Origin: an uncultured Candidatus Rokubacteria bacterium
Lineage (GTDB): Bacteria > Methylomirabilota > Methylomirabilia > Rokubacteriales > CSP1-6
Reading direction: 5' to 3'
Length of the DNA stretch: 64,000 bases
Assembly (NCBI GenBank): GCA_963758635.1
Contig: CAVWWD010000002.1
Span: 32,001 to 96,000 of the forward strand
Positions 42,561 to 52,974 of the stretch are shown here, one piece after another. The notes under the pieces are model-generated. The model saw only the letters and a list, made by a program, of their open reading frames with translations, made no database searches and was not told where the DNA came from. Position 1 is the stretch's first letter. Each line of letters begins with the position of its first letter. The translations under genes were made by a program, and so were the position numbers.

Positions 42561-44789
42561 CTATGACGCGAGGTGACGGATCGTCTGGGTGGCGCGCCGC
42601 AGCCGGCCGCTCACCTCGCGGGCGAGGCTGCCATGCAGGCTGATCGCGATGGTGGGGTGCTTCGCCTCGAGCTCGCGGAAGGCCGCCTCCGTCAGGACGA
42701 AGCACGTGAGCTCCTCGTCCGCGACGACGGTGGCCGAGCGCGGCGCGTGATCGAGGAGCGCGATCTCGCCGAGCACGGCGCCGGCGGAGACGCTGGCGAT
42801 CCGCGTGACGCGGCCGTCCGGCTCCCGCAGGTGCACGCTCGCGCGGCCGCGGGTGACGAGAAAGAGATCCGACTCCGTGGCGCCTTCGGCGATGACCACG
42901 TCGCCGGCCGCATAGCGACGGGTCTCCAGCGCGCCGCGAAGCGTGGCGCGGTCCGTCACGCTCAACCCCCGGAACACTTCCAGGTCCTCGATCTCGAGCG
43001 CGCTCGCGGCAGCGGGCCGATCGACGGCGTCGTCGCCCGCGGCGGCAAGGATCTGGTCCTCCGCCCACTCGACGGCCCGATCGCTGTCGGGAAACGGCTG
43101 ATCACCCGACCCCGGTGTCGTCACGCCAAGGTCGCGCAGCGTGCGCCACCACTGGCTGTGCTCGATCCGCCCGGCCAGGAGGAGATGGCCGCCGCGCGTG
43201 GCCAGATCCGCCTCGATCTGCGCGAGGAGCCGCCCCCCGGTGCCGTCCACGTCGGTCACGCGGCCGAGGTCGAGGACCAGGAAGCGCGCGCCTTCGGCCA
43301 CCGCACGGTCGACGGCGTCGGCCAGCCGCCCGACCGTCCCGAAGAAGATGGCGCCCTCCAGCTGGAGAACGTGAACGAGTCGCCCGTGCTCGGCCAGGAG
43401 GGCCCGCTGGCGCGCGCCGCGCTCGCGGCGCGACGGCACCGCGTCACCACGGTAGGTCCGCCGCACCAGCGAGCTGCTCATGCGCAGGATGAACAGCACG
43501 ATGGCAATGCCCGCGCCCAGGAGGACGGCGTGGACGATGTCGAGCACGATCGACAGGGTCGCGACCAGCAGGATCACGAAGAGGTCCAGCCCGAGGCTGG
43601 CGCGGCTCGCGACGCGACCCGACGCGAGCCGCCTGACGAGCTGGATCGTGGACGGATCGACGTGCTGGATGGCCACCACCATGATGACGGCCGAGAGCGC
43701 CGCCCGGGGCACGTGGCCGAGGACGGGCAGCAGGAGCATCGCGGCCGCGAGCACCGCGGCGGCGTTGACGAGAACGGACAGGGGGGTGCGCGCGCCGTAC
43801 GCGCGGTTGATGGCGCTCGGGCCCAGGTTGACGCCGCCCGTGATGCCCCCCGAGCTGGCCGCCGCCATGTTGGCGAGGCCCAGCCGCATGAGCTGCCCGT
43901 TCACGTCCGGGCGCGGATCCCCCGGGCGAGCGAGAAGCTGGGCGCACAGCAGCGCGTCGATCGACGCGATGATGGCGAGCCCCAGGCCTCCCGTCACCAC
44001 GACGGGCAGGATGTCGGTGACGCCGGGCTCCGCGACGAGCGCCCCGAACGCCCACAGGTTCCACGGCCCCGGCATCGCGGCCGGCGTTGGCCCGATCGAG
44101 GGGCCGAGCCAGGTCGAGAAGCCCAGGAAGGCCAGCGCGTGATGCGTGGCCGTGCCCGCGAGCAGCCCGGTCAGGAGCGGAGGCATCGCCGTGGTGACTC
44201 GCCGCGCCTGCCACATGACGGCCATGGTGACCAGCGTGACCGCCACGGACAGCGGCTTCGCCGAGCCCAGGTTCGGCACGACCTGGGCAAGGCGCGTGTG
44301 TGTCTCGTACCCCAGGACGTTGCCGAGCTGCACCAGGAAGAGCAGCAGCGCGGCCGCGTTCTGGAACCCCGCCATCACCGGCTGCGGCGTGTGCTTGATG
44401 AGCGTGCCGAGCCGCACGAGGCCGAACAGGGCCTGGAAGGCGCCCGCGACGAGGATGACCGAGAAGACGACGGCCAGCGTGTGCTCGACGTTGTGTGTCC
44501 GGATGATGGGCGCGGCGGAGTGCGCGAGCCCGAAGACGAGGGAGCCGAGGAAGAACGTGGTGACCACGCGCGGCGCGTAGAGGGTGTGCGTCCGGTCGCC
44601 CGTGGCCACGGACACGAGGCCCACGATGACGGCGGTGCACAGGCCCGCGAGCACCCCGTGCCCGAAGTACCCGTCGCCCAGCGCGACGAACGCGAACATC
44701 CCGAAGCCCATGGCCAGCGGGATGGCGAGGGCGGCGGACACCAGTCCGCCCACCACGTCGTTCCGGGCCCTCACGAGCCACGCACGCAT
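42561..44789 (-). CDS. SulP family anion transporter with STAS and cNMP-binding domains
   Basis: IPLAMGFG, PVMAGFQN, GLANM, STAS LEGAIFFGT..DVDGTG, cNMP GEIALLDHAPRSATV. Confidence 0.9.
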   Translation of the reverse strand: MRAWLVRARNDVVGGLVSAALAIPLAMGFGMFAFVALGDGYFGHGVLAGLCTAVIVGLVSVATGDRTHTLYAPRVVTTFFLGSLVFGLAHSAAPIIRTHNVEHTLAVVFSVILVAGAFQALFGLVRLGTLIKHTPQPVMAGFQNAAALLLFLVQLGNVLGYETHTRLAQVVPNLGSAKPLSVAVTLVTMAVMWQARRVTTAMPPLLTGLLAGTATHHALAFLGFSTWLGPSIGPTPAAMPGPWNLWAFGALVAEPGVTDILPVVVTGGLGLAIIASIDALLCAQLLARPGDPRPDVNGQLMRLGLANMAAASSGGITGGVNLGPSAINRAYGARTPLSVLVNAAAVLAAAMLLLPVLGHVPRAALSAVIMVVAIQHVDPSTIQLVRRLASGRVASRASLGLDLFVILLVATLSIVLDIVHAVLLGAGIAIVLFILRMSSSLVRRTYRGDAVPSRRERGARQRALLAEHGRLVHVLQLEGAIFFGTVGRLADAVDRAVAEGARFLVLDLGRVTDVDGTGGRLLAQIEADLATRGGHLLLAGRIEHSQWWRTLRDLGVTTPGSGDQPFPDSDRAVEWAEDQILAAAGDDAVDRPAAASALEIEDLEVFRGLSVTDRATLRGALETRRYAAGDVVIAEGATESDLFLVTRGRASVHLREPDGRVTRIASVSAGAVLGEIALLDHAPRSATVVADEELTCFVLTEAAFRELEAKHPTIAISLHGSLAREVSGRLRRATQTIRHLAS

Positions 44790-46027
44790 CAGGAGTAGAC
44801 GGCCTTCCCCGTGCCCGCCGCCCCGGTGGCCTTCACCTCGCGCACCGCCGCTCCGAGGTCGGCCAGGTATTCCTCGAGGACCCCCGCGTGCACGGGGGTG
44901 ATCATCAGGTGGATGCCGCGGGGCTCCCGGATGCGGCCCGGCCACCAGCCGCGGGCGGTCAGCCGGTCCGCCACCGCGTGGATGTCGTAGCCCTGCGCCC
45001 CGATGCCCACGGCCCACAGGTCGGGCTCGCCCCACACGTGCAGGCCCGGATCGACGCCGCCGAGCGCCTCGAGCAGGCTGCCCCGCGTCCGCATCACGGT
45101 TTCCGCGATGCGCAGGTAGCCGCGCTCGCCCAGGTGCTGCAGCACGGCCCACGCCGCGGCGATGGCGCCGCCGGGGCGCGTCCCCACGAAGGTGTGTGTG
45201 CTGTAGAGCCCGGACGGCCACCGGTCGAAGTCGTACCGCCCGGCCGCCTGGTGCTCGGCGGTGCGGAACAGCACGACGGAGGCCCCCTTGGCCGCGTAGC
45301 CGGACTTGTGGACGTCCACGGAGACCGACGTCACCCCCGGCACGCGAAAGCCGAACTCCGGCACCGGGAAGCCGAGCCGCCGCACGAAGGGCGCCAGGAC
45401 GCCGCCCACGCACGCGTCGACGTGCAGCCACAGCCCGCGCGCCGCCGCCAGCTCGCCCGCCGCGGCGATCGGATCGATGACGCCCAGCGAGTACGCCGGC
45501 GCCGAGACGTAGCACATGACCGTGCGCGGGCTCACCGCCGCGGCCAGCGCCTCGACGTCGGCGCGGAAGTCCGGTCCCGTGGGCACGCGGACGACCCGCA
45601 GCCCCAGGTAGTGCGCCGCCTTGTCGAGCGCGGGGTGGGCGGAGAACGGCGCGACGACCTCCGGCACGGCGACGTCGGGCCGATGTCGTCGCGCCCACTC
45701 GCGCGCCGCGTGCACGGCGCAGAAGATGCTCTCGGTGCCGCCGGTGGTCATGTGGCCGGCGACGGACTCCACCGATCCCACGAGATCGGCGACGATCCCG
45801 ACCACGTCGCCCTCCATCCGCCGGAGGCTCGGGAACGCCCGAAGGCCGAGCCCGTTCTCCGTCATGAAGAGCCCGTGCGCCTGCCGGACGACCTCCTCCA
45901 CCTCGTCGTCGGCATGCCACACGTACGCCGCGTGCCGGCCTCGGCGCCAGTCGAGGTCGTCGCGCTTGAGCTCGCGCATCTCGCGCTCGAGGTCCTTCCA
46001 GTCACGTCCCTCCGCGGGCAGCGGCAT
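44789..46027 (-). CDS. PLP-dependent group II decarboxylase / sphingosine-1-phosphate lyase-like protein
   Basis: TTGGTESI, SAHPALDKA, LHVDACVGG, SVSVDVHK, GTRPG. Confidence 0.88.
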   Translation of the reverse strand: MPLPAEGRDWKDLEREMRELKRDDLDWRRGRHAAYVWHADDEVEEVVRQAHGLFMTENGLGLRAFPSLRRMEGDVVGIVADLVGSVESVAGHMTTGGTESIFCAVHAAREWARRHRPDVAVPEVVAPFSAHPALDKAAHYLGLRVVRVPTGPDFRADVEALAAAVSPRTVMCYVSAPAYSLGVIDPIAAAGELAAARGLWLHVDACVGGVLAPFVRRLGFPVPEFGFRVPGVTSVSVDVHKSGYAAKGASVVLFRTAEHQAAGRYDFDRWPSGLYSTHTFVGTRPGGAIAAAWAVLQHLGERGYLRIAETVMRTRGSLLEALGGVDPGLHVWGEPDLWAVGIGAQGYDIHAVADRLTARGWWPGRIREPRGIHLMITPVHAGVLEEYLADLGAAVREVKATGAAGTGKAVYS

Positions 46028-46048
46028 GGCGGCGCTGGATCAGCCTCT

Positions 46049-47275
46049 CTACAGCACGCCCTCGGCCTTGAGCGCGGCGATCTCCGCGGCGTCCATCCCG
46101 AGCCAGGCGCCCAGCACCTCCGCGCTGTGCTCGCCGAGGAGCGGCGAGGGCTTGATGCGGGGCGGCTTGCCGTCCACGCGCACCGGCCAGGCCGGCATCT
46201 TGAACGGCCCCTTCGGGTGCTCCATCACCTGCATGATGCCGCGCTCCTCGAACGACGGATCCTTCTGCAGCTCCATCGTGTCGAAGACGGCGCCGGCGGG
46301 CACGCCGACCCCGCTGACCAGCGCCATCGCCTCTTCCTTCGTGTGCTTGCGCGTCCACTCGCCGACGATCGCGTCCACCTCGGCCTCGCGCTCGAAGCGC
46401 GCGGCGCCGGTCGCGTAGCGCGGATCGTCGATCAGATCCTCGCGCCCGATCAGCCGCATCAGCCGGCCCCAGTGCTCGGGGTTGCCGCGGCTGGTCGTGA
46501 TGTAGACCCAGTCGTTCGGGCCGCCGGGATGGCACGGGTACAGGCCTGAGGGCGAGTTGTTGCCGCCGGCGGTCTTGCCGCCGCGGCGCGGCGCCGCCTT
46601 GCCGGTGCGCGCCTGCGCGGCGAAGCAGGTCCGCATGTAGTGGAGCATCGCGTCCTGCATGGCGACCTGGAGACGCTTGCCCTGGCCCGTCCGCTGGCGC
46701 TCGTACAGCGCGCCGAGGATGGTCACGGCCATCAGCATGCCGGTGCCGGTGTCGCCGAAGCTCGGGCCGGGCTTCACGGGAGGCCGGTCGGCCTCGCCGG
46801 TCACGCTGATCATGCCGCCGGCGGCCTGCGCGATCATGTCGAAGGCCAGCCCGCTCTCGTACTTGCTGCCCGTGCCGAACCCCTGGATCTGGCAGAAGAT
46901 GATGCCGGGGTTGATCTTCTTCACCTCGTCGTAGCCGAGGCCGAGCCGCTCGATCGTGCCCGGCGCCATGTTCTCGACCGTGATGTCCGCCTTCTTCAGC
47001 ATCTCTTTCACCACGGCGAGGCCACGCGGCGACTTGAGGTTGATGGCGAGCGACTTCTTGTTGGCGTTGAACATGTGGAAGTACCACGGGTCGTCGTCGG
47101 GCTTGCCCGGGCGCAGCCGCCGCCCCGGATCGCCGGTCTTCGGGTTCTCGATCTTCACCACCTCGGCCCCGAGCCAGGCGAGCGCCTCCGTGCAGGACGT
47201 GCCCGCCTCGAACTGGGTGAAGTCGACCACTCGGACACCGGCGAGACTCTGGAGGTCCTGGCTCCTGTCGCTCAT
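46049..47275 (-). CDS. Family III CoA transferase (CaiB/BaiF, formyl-CoA transferase-like)
   Basis: VRVVDFTQFEAG, GDPGR, NANKKS, FDMIAQA, PLLGEH. Confidence 0.92.
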   Translation of the reverse strand: MSDRSQDLQSLAGVRVVDFTQFEAGTSCTEALAWLGAEVVKIENPKTGDPGRRLRPGKPDDDPWYFHMFNANKKSLAINLKSPRGLAVVKEMLKKADITVENMAPGTIERLGLGYDEVKKINPGIIFCQIQGFGTGSKYESGLAFDMIAQAAGGMISVTGEADRPPVKPGPSFGDTGTGMLMAVTILGALYERQRTGQGKRLQVAMQDAMLHYMRTCFAAQARTGKAAPRRGGKTAGGNNSPSGLYPCHPGGPNDWVYITTSRGNPEHWGRLMRLIGREDLIDDPRYATGAARFEREAEVDAIVGEWTRKHTKEEAMALVSGVGVPAGAVFDTMELQKDPSFEERGIMQVMEHPKGPFKMPAWPVRVDGKPPRIKPSPLLGEHSAEVLGAWLGMDAAEIAALKAEGVL

Positions 47276-47525
47276 CGTCGCTCCTTCGCGCCGTGGGCTG
47301 CTCGTTTCGTCCCCGTCCCCCGTGACCGACTCGACGCCGGGCGCCGGTGGGCCTCGGGGCACACGCCGGAGAGTCACCCTCCCGGCGATGATGACACGGT
47401 TCTCGTCAGCCATCGCGGCCAGACTCGCGCGCTCCGCGCTATAGTCGTCGAGCGCTCAAAGCCCTGGCGCCCGGTGCAGATGTTCGGCCCGTCAGTGGCG
47501 CGACGACACCTGGATGGAGGACCCC

Positions 47526-47740
47526 ATGACCCGGCGGGAACTGCGCACTCAGGGCGAGGCCACCCTCGCGGACCTCTTCGGATCGGACGCGCAGACGCGC
47601 GGCCTGGCGAACCTGCTGACCGAGGCGGTGTACGGGCTTGACGCAGACCGAGGTGGTGGAAGCGATCATCCAGACCGCGCCGGCCACCGGATTCCGCCGG
47701 CGCTCAACGCCCTGGGCGCCATCAGCGCCGTGTTCGGTAG
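47526..47740 (+). pseudogene. Carboxymuconolactone decarboxylase (CMD/AhpD-like) remnant with internal deletion
   Basis: MTRRELRTQGEATL..LTEAVYG joined out of frame to GLTQTEVVEAIIQTAP.TGF.PALNAL; the conserved middle is absent. Confidence 0.6.
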
Positions 47741-47839
47741 CGCCCGGGACGTGCGCTCCTCGGCGGGGGGCCTACCGAGGGAACCCATTCGACGACGTGG
47801 ACGAATGTCGTCGCTCTCCGGGGGCGAGGCCCGGGTTCC

Positions 47840-48307
47840 TCAGGAGGCGGCAGGCACACCGTCCCGAGGAGAAGGCCCTTTGGAACCGACCATGCGCGCC
47901 CTCGCGAGCCGCCCCGGGCGGACGATCACTTGCCACGAGTTGCCCAGGAAGACCATGGAGAGCCCGAGCAGGTTGAGCGCGATTGGCGTGATCTTCCCGG
48001 GCAACGGCGCATACACCCAGTACGCGAGGGTGCTCGTGGCCAGGAGTGGCACGAGGAGCAGAGCACGGGGCGGCCAGTGACGCTGCCATAGCCGAATGAG
48101 CGCTTCGCCCAGGTCGCCTTCGAGCCTCTTGTGGAGAACGAGCCATGACACCCACGCGGCCACGACCAGCGCGGGGAGCCATTGCTCCACCCACAGGGCG
48201 GACGTGACGAGCAGAAGCGTGCCGGCTCGCCGCCGGTGGCGGTCGTCGCTCACGGTCCCGGAGCGGATCATCGCGCCTGCGTGCTCGTCTCCATGCATCG
48301 CCGTCAC
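47840..48307 (-). CDS. Hypothetical membrane protein
   Basis: 155-aa ORF with 3-4 hydrophobic segments; GTGA overlap with the upstream gene. Confidence 0.55.
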   Translation of the reverse strand: MTAMHGDEHAGAMIRSGTVSDDRHRRRAGTLLLVTSALWVEQWLPALVVAAWVSWLVLHKRLEGDLGEALIRLWQRHWPPRALLLVPLLATSTLAYWVYAPLPGKITPIALNLLGLSMVFLGNSWQVIVRPGRLARARMVGSKGPSPRDGVPAAS

Positions 48308-48976
48308 GGGCCCTGATTGGCCCCGGGTATCAGGCGCGCTTCGCGAGTCCGCAGCCTGTCGAGCAGGGTGGCGAAGGAGGAGGTCTTGATGATCGAGCCG
48401 AACTGGCTCCGATAGCTGGAGACGAGGCTCACGTCTCCCGCGACGACGTCATAGACCGCCCATTGCCCCACGCTCTGCTGCAGGCGGTACTCGATCGGGA
48501 TCTCCGTGCGGCGGTCGGTGAGGATGCGAGAGTACACGCGGGCCGACGAGCCGTCGACGGACTCGCGCTGGAAGGTGATCGTCGCGAGACGGTAGCTCCC
48601 GATGACGGTCAGGTACGACCGCTCGAGGAGATTCGTGAAGAGGCGGACGAACTCCTCCTGCTCCTGCGGGGAACGGTCGCTCCAGTGCTGCGCCAGCGTC
48701 CGCCGGGCCATCTCGTTGAAGTCGAACAGCGTCACCGCGACCTCGCGCACCGCGGCTCGTCGCTCGTCCGTGTCCGGCTGCGACTTCACCAACGCCATCA
48801 CGCGTGAGACGGACGATTCGACCAGGCGTGAGCGGCCCTATCGACCCGGGGGAGGTGCTCTTCCCAGCGTCCTGGGCAGGGGCCGGCTGTGGTCCGAGCA
48901 CGAGGGCGGCCATCGCGATGGCGAGCAGGAGCAACCGGCGGACGTGACGCGCGAAGAACTCGGTGAGCTGGCTCAT
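48304..48976 (-). CDS. MlaC/Ttg2D family phospholipid-binding periplasmic protein (frameshift near 48825)
   Basis: Signal peptide, FDFNEMARRTL..W, FVRLFTNLLERSY, IEYRL, WAVYDV..VSLVSSYRSQF. Confidence 0.88.
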
Positions 48977-49056
48977 GACGTGGCACTCCTTCCGTGACGG
49001 GCGCGTGCGGCGTCTCCCACGGGCTCAGACTAGTCCTCGCGATTCCACCTGCCCAC

Positions 49057-49072
49057 CAGGACCTTGGTCCAA
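49057..49072 (-). promoter_or_regulatory. Regulon palindrome CAGGACCTTGGTCCAA; -10 TAGTCT at 49027-49032 (minus strand)
   Basis: 24-bp spacer to the hexamer; upstream of the mlaC-like gene. Confidence 0.75.
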
Positions 49073-49136
49073 TGCGCCGCCCCGACGGCGCCCGATGCCG
49101 GTCGCCGGAGGACGCTATCGCTTCCGCGGAAGACCG

Positions 49137-50313
49137 CTATTGGACCGGTCTCGCAAGGCGGGCGCGCGCAGCGGCGGACAGATCACTGTTGGGCTCGAGC
49201 ACAACGAGTCTGTCTCTCTTCAACTCTGCGACCGATCCCTCGTCTTCGTCGCCGTCGACGGGAGACTTGTCGGGGGCCTGCAAACGTCGCGCAACGATCC
49301 GGACGGCCGCCATCACGGGGGCGGCGAGGAACATTCCGGCCACACCCGCGATCTCACCGCCCGCCAGCACACCCACGATCACCAGAGCGGGATGGATGTC
49401 GATGCCGCGGGCCATGACGAGCGGGTTGACCGCGTAGTCCTGGATCAACCGCCATACGAGGATGAACAGCGCGAGCAGCCAGGGGTGCTCGTAGCCGGCG
49501 AACAGGCACACCCCGATGGCGACGACGCCGGCCGTCAGCGGGCCGACGACCGGAACGACCTCGAGGGCGCCGCCGATCCCGGCGAGAACGAGAGCGTACG
49601 GCGCGCCGGCGGCCAGGAATACCGCCGACCAGGCGACGAACGTGATCAGGGCCAGGAGCAGGAGCGCCCGGACGTACTGGCCGAGCAGAAGATGCAGGTC
49701 CTCGGCGATGCCCCACCACACGCGCCGGCGGCGCCCTTCATGACCGAGTCGCCATATCGCCGTCGAGGTGAATCGCTCGAACGTCCTTCAGGATGAAGAA
49801 CGCGAGGACGGGGATGAGCACGATGACCCACGCCCCGGCGAGCCACTTCAGGACCGACGCCGCGGCCTGTTGAGCGTAGAGGACGATCTCTCCCATGTGG
49901 CTCTGCACCAGCCGGTCGATCTCGCGGATCTGCTGCGACTCCCATCCCCCACGCGCAAGGAAACCGACGACGATCTCGCCGTTCTGGATCCGCTTGGTCA
50001 TCTCCGGAAGCTTCTGCGCCAGCCCCTGGACCTCGGCGGCCAGGCGTGGCCCGACGGCGATCGCGGCCCCGCCGAGAATCGCGAGGACCACCAGGTACAC
50101 CACCACGATCGTCAGCGCCCGGCTGCGGATCCCCCGCCGTTGCACGAAGTGGACAAGGGGGAACAACAGGTACGCGAAGAACAGGGACAGCGCGATGAGG
50201 AAGAGCACCTGCCGCAGGGCATAGGCCAACCCGAGGGCGGCGAGCAACACCAGGATGGTCCATGTGACTCTCACCGCCCGCAGGTCGAGGCCGAACCGGC
50301 TACTCCGGAGCAT
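49137..50313 (-). CDS. AI-2E (PerM) family transporter (frameshift near 49780)
   Basis: LFFAYLLFPLV, IPVLAFFILKD, YVRALLL, LEVVPVVGP, IQDYAVNPLVM, IHPALVI, GVAGMFLAAP. Confidence 0.88.
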
Positions 50314-50350
50314 CGATCGGAACTCTAGCTCGCCCGGGGCGGCCGACCTA

Positions 50351-50366
50351 TTGGACGAAGGTCTAA
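50351..50366 (-). promoter_or_regulatory. Regulon palindrome TTGGACGAAGGTCTAA; -10 TAGAGT at 50322-50327 (minus strand)
   Basis: 23-bp spacer; upstream of the AI-2E gene. Confidence 0.7.
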
Positions 50367-50466
50367 ATCCGCCTCACGTCACCAGTCCCGCGTAGCATGA
50401 CTCGCCCGCGTAGCATGTGACCCGCCCTCCTCAGGCAGAGCCGCCTTGACGGACGGGGACGCGGCA

Positions 50467-50482
50467 CTAGACGTAGGTCCAA
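50467..50482 (+). promoter_or_regulatory. Regulon palindrome CTAGACGTAGGTCCAA; -10 TAGAGT at 50506-50511
   Basis: 23-bp spacer; upstream of the 23-aa micro-protein. Confidence 0.7.
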
Positions 50483-50532
50483 TGTGTGGGCGGCGTCATG
50501 ACGGCTAGAGTGACGGGAGAGGAGGACAACTC

Positions 50533-50604
50533 ATGAACATCTTCTACGTCATCGGGGTCGTCGTCGTGGTGCTCGCTGTCTTTGGATACCTCAGGCTCGG
50601 CTAG
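50533..50604 (+). CDS. 23-aa single-TM micro-protein MNIFYVIGVVVVVLAVFGYLRLG
   Basis: Strong GGAGGAGG RBS, promoter directly upstream, one hydrophobic helix; below the ORF-track cut-off. Confidence 0.7.
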   Translation: MNIFYVIGVVVVVLAVFGYLRLG

Positions 50605-50705
50605 AGTTCGCCACGTCTGGGCTTGCCCCAGACGCAAAATCGCTCTGGAGCCCCGCGTTGGATCGGGGCCATGCAGTGGTCCGGTGAACAAGGAAAGGAG
50701 AGCCT

Positions 50706-50894
50706 GTGAGCTTGATAGGGATCGTGCTGACGCTGGTGGTGGTCGGGGTGCTGCTCTGGCTGCTGAACAACTACGTGCCCATGGATGGGAAGATCAAGTC
50801 GATCGTCAACGTCGTGGTTGTCATCGTCGTTGTGATCTGGGTGTTGCAGGCCGTCGGCCTTCTCGGGTCCTTGCAGAACATCCGTATTCGGTGA
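50706..50894 (+). CDS. Small two-TM membrane protein (Thivi_2564-like family)
   Basis: LVVVGVLLWLLNNYVPMDGKIKSIVNVVVVIVVVIWVLQ; AAGGAG RBS. Confidence 0.8.
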   Translation: MSLIGIVLTLVVVGVLLWLLNNYVPMDGKIKSIVNVVVVIVVVIWVLQAVGLLGSLQNIRIR

Positions 50895-50928
50895 CGCGCA
50901 GGTCCGGTGCGATGTGGACGCAAGGGGA

Positions 50929-50954
50929 AGGGGCGCGCCCGGCGCCGCGCCCCT
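50929..50954. terminator. GC-rich hairpin between convergent genes
   Basis: AGGGGCGCG/CGCGCCCCT 9-bp stem, no U-tract. Confidence 0.35.
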
Positions 50955-51027
50955 GCTCAACGGGGGTGAGCGACAGAACCAGCCGAGACGCGTCAATCCG
51001 GCGAGGCGGGGAGCTCGAGGACGCCTC

Positions 51028-52890
51028 TCAGGCGTTCGCGGTGCCCTGCGCGGCCAGGAGCGCGGTGAGCGTGTCGCGATCCACGACTTCCTGTTCGATC
51101 AGCACCTTCGCCAGCGTCTCGAGCACGTTCCGCTTCGCGGTCAGCGTTTCCCGGACGCGATCGTGGCCCGCCTGCAGCAGGGCCCGGACCTCCCGGTCGA
51201 TCATCCGGGCCGTGTCCTCGCTGTACACCCGCTCGGTGGGGTTCGGACCGTTGAGGAACAGCGCCTGGCGAGGACGCTCGAACGTTCCCAGGCCCAGCGC
51301 ATCGCTCATCCCGTATTGCGTCACCATGTGCCGCACGAGATCGCTCGCCCGCTGCAGATCGTCGTGCGCCCCTGTCGAGACATCCCCGAAGATGATCTCC
51401 TCGGCGACCCGCCCGCCGAGGAGCACGTCCAGCCGGTCCAGGAGCTCCGCCCGCGTCATCAGGTACCGATCCTCCGTCGGCTGCTGCTGCGTGTAGCCAA
51501 GCGCCGCCACCCCGCGCGGAATGATCGATATCTTGGCCACCTTGTCGGCCCGTTCCCGCGACTCGGCGACCAGAGCGTGGCCGGCCTCGTGGTGAGCGAC
51601 GATCTCCTTCTCCTTGGGGCTGATGATCCGCGACTTGCGCTCGAGACCCCCGACGATCCGGTCGATGGCCTGGTCGAAGTCCGCGGCGTCCACCGCCTCC
51701 TTGTCCTCGCGCGCGGCGTGGAGCGCCGCCTCGTTGACGAGGTTCGCGAGGTCGGCGCCCACGAATCCCGGTGTGCGCGCCGCGATGAGGGACAGGTCGA
51801 GTGCCGGGGCCAGCGTGACCGTTCGCGTGTGGACCTGGAGGATCTTGGTCCGGCCCTTGAGGTCCGGTCGATCGATGACCACCTGACGGTCGAATCGACC
51901 GGGGCGCAGGAGGGCCTGATCGAGGATCTCCGGGCGATTGGTGGCGGCGAGGATGATGACGCCGGCTCGCGAGTCGAACCCATCGAGCTCCGCGAGGAGC
52001 TGGTTGAGGGTCTGCTCGTGTTCGTCGTGTCCCCCGAAGCCGGGGGTGATCCCCCGAGCCTTTCCGACGGCATCCAGCTCGTCGATGAACACGATGCTCG
52101 GCGCCTTCGTCTGCGCCTGGGCGAACAGGTCGCGCACGCGGGCGGCTCCCACACCGACGAACATCTCCACGAAGTCGGATCCGTTCAGGCTGAAGAAGGG
52201 GACTCCCGCTTCCCCGGCCACGGCCTTGGCCAGCAGGGTCTTCCCGGTTCCCGGCGCCCCGACCAGCAGCACTCCCTTCGGGATCTTTCCGCCGAGTCGC
52301 CGGTAGCGCTCGGGCCTCTTCAAGAAGTCCACGATCTCCATCAGCTCACCGCGGGCCTCGTCGATGCCCGCGATGTCGTCGAACGACACCCCCGTCTTCT
52401 GCTCGACGTAGACCTTGGCCCGGCTCTTGCCGAGGCTCATGAGCCCCTTCTGCGGATTCATTCGGCTCACGAGGAAGAACCAGAGGCCGAAGAAGATCGC
52501 TGTCGGCACGATCCATGACAGAAGGGTGAAGAGCCACGTGCTCTCGGTATGCCCCGTGAAGCGGACGCGTGCGACTTCGAGCTCGGGCACGAGGGCGGCG
52601 TCCTCGACGCGCGTCGTCACGAACGCGTACGTACCCTTCCCGAGGCGCTTGATCTTCTCGATCTTCTCCTTCGAAAGGATGGCGTCGAGGCCCGCGGGCG
52701 ACAGCGCCCCTTCGATGGTGTCCCGGTACAGGGCCACCTCGGAGACTTTTCCCGCTTTCAGGAGGGCCTTGAACTCGCTGTACGAGATGTTGTCCGGATG
52801 GGGCGCCAGGAACAGCGCCTGGCCGCCCACGAAGACGGCGATCGCGATCAGTGCGTACCACACGGAGAACGTCCGCTGCTTCAGTTGCAT
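51028..52890 (-). CDS. ftsH: ATP-dependent zinc metalloprotease FtsH
   Basis: Two TMs, [36 protein letters not shown]. Confidence 0.96.
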   Translation of the reverse strand: MQLKQRTFSVWYALIAIAVFVGGQALFLAPHPDNISYSEFKALLKAGKVSEVALYRDTIEGALSPAGLDAILSKEKIEKIKRLGKGTYAFVTTRVEDAALVPELEVARVRFTGHTESTWLFTLLSWIVPTAIFFGLWFFLVSRMNPQKGLMSLGKSRAKVYVEQKTGVSFDDIAGIDEARGELMEIVDFLKRPERYRRLGGKIPKGVLLVGAPGTGKTLLAKAVAGEAGVPFFSLNGSDFVEMFVGVGAARVRDLFAQAQTKAPSIVFIDELDAVGKARGITPGFGGHDEHEQTLNQLLAELDGFDSRAGVIILAATNRPEILDQALLRPGRFDRQVVIDRPDLKGRTKILQVHTRTVTLAPALDLSLIAARTPGFVGADLANLVNEAALHAAREDKEAVDAADFDQAIDRIVGGLERKSRIISPKEKEIVAHHEAGHALVAESRERADKVAKISIIPRGVAALGYTQQQPTEDRYLMTRAELLDRLDVLLGGRVAEEIIFGDVSTGAHDDLQRASDLVRHMVTQYGMSDALGLGTFERPRQALFLNGPNPTERVYSEDTARMIDREVRALLQAGHDRVRETLTAKRNVLETLAKVLIEQEVVDRDTLTALLAAQGTANA

Positions 52891-52974
52891 GGTCCCTCTT
52901 GCAGGCCCGCGGCGGGACGGCGGATCGACGCTCGGCGGTGGTGAGCGTCCCGTACGCGAGGTCGAGGTCGGGAG

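Noticed and set aside
49139..49153. TTGGACCGGTCTC as a tenth regulon site
   Set aside because: Lacks the 2-bp central spacer, lies in the last codons of the AI-2E gene and has no correctly spaced -10.
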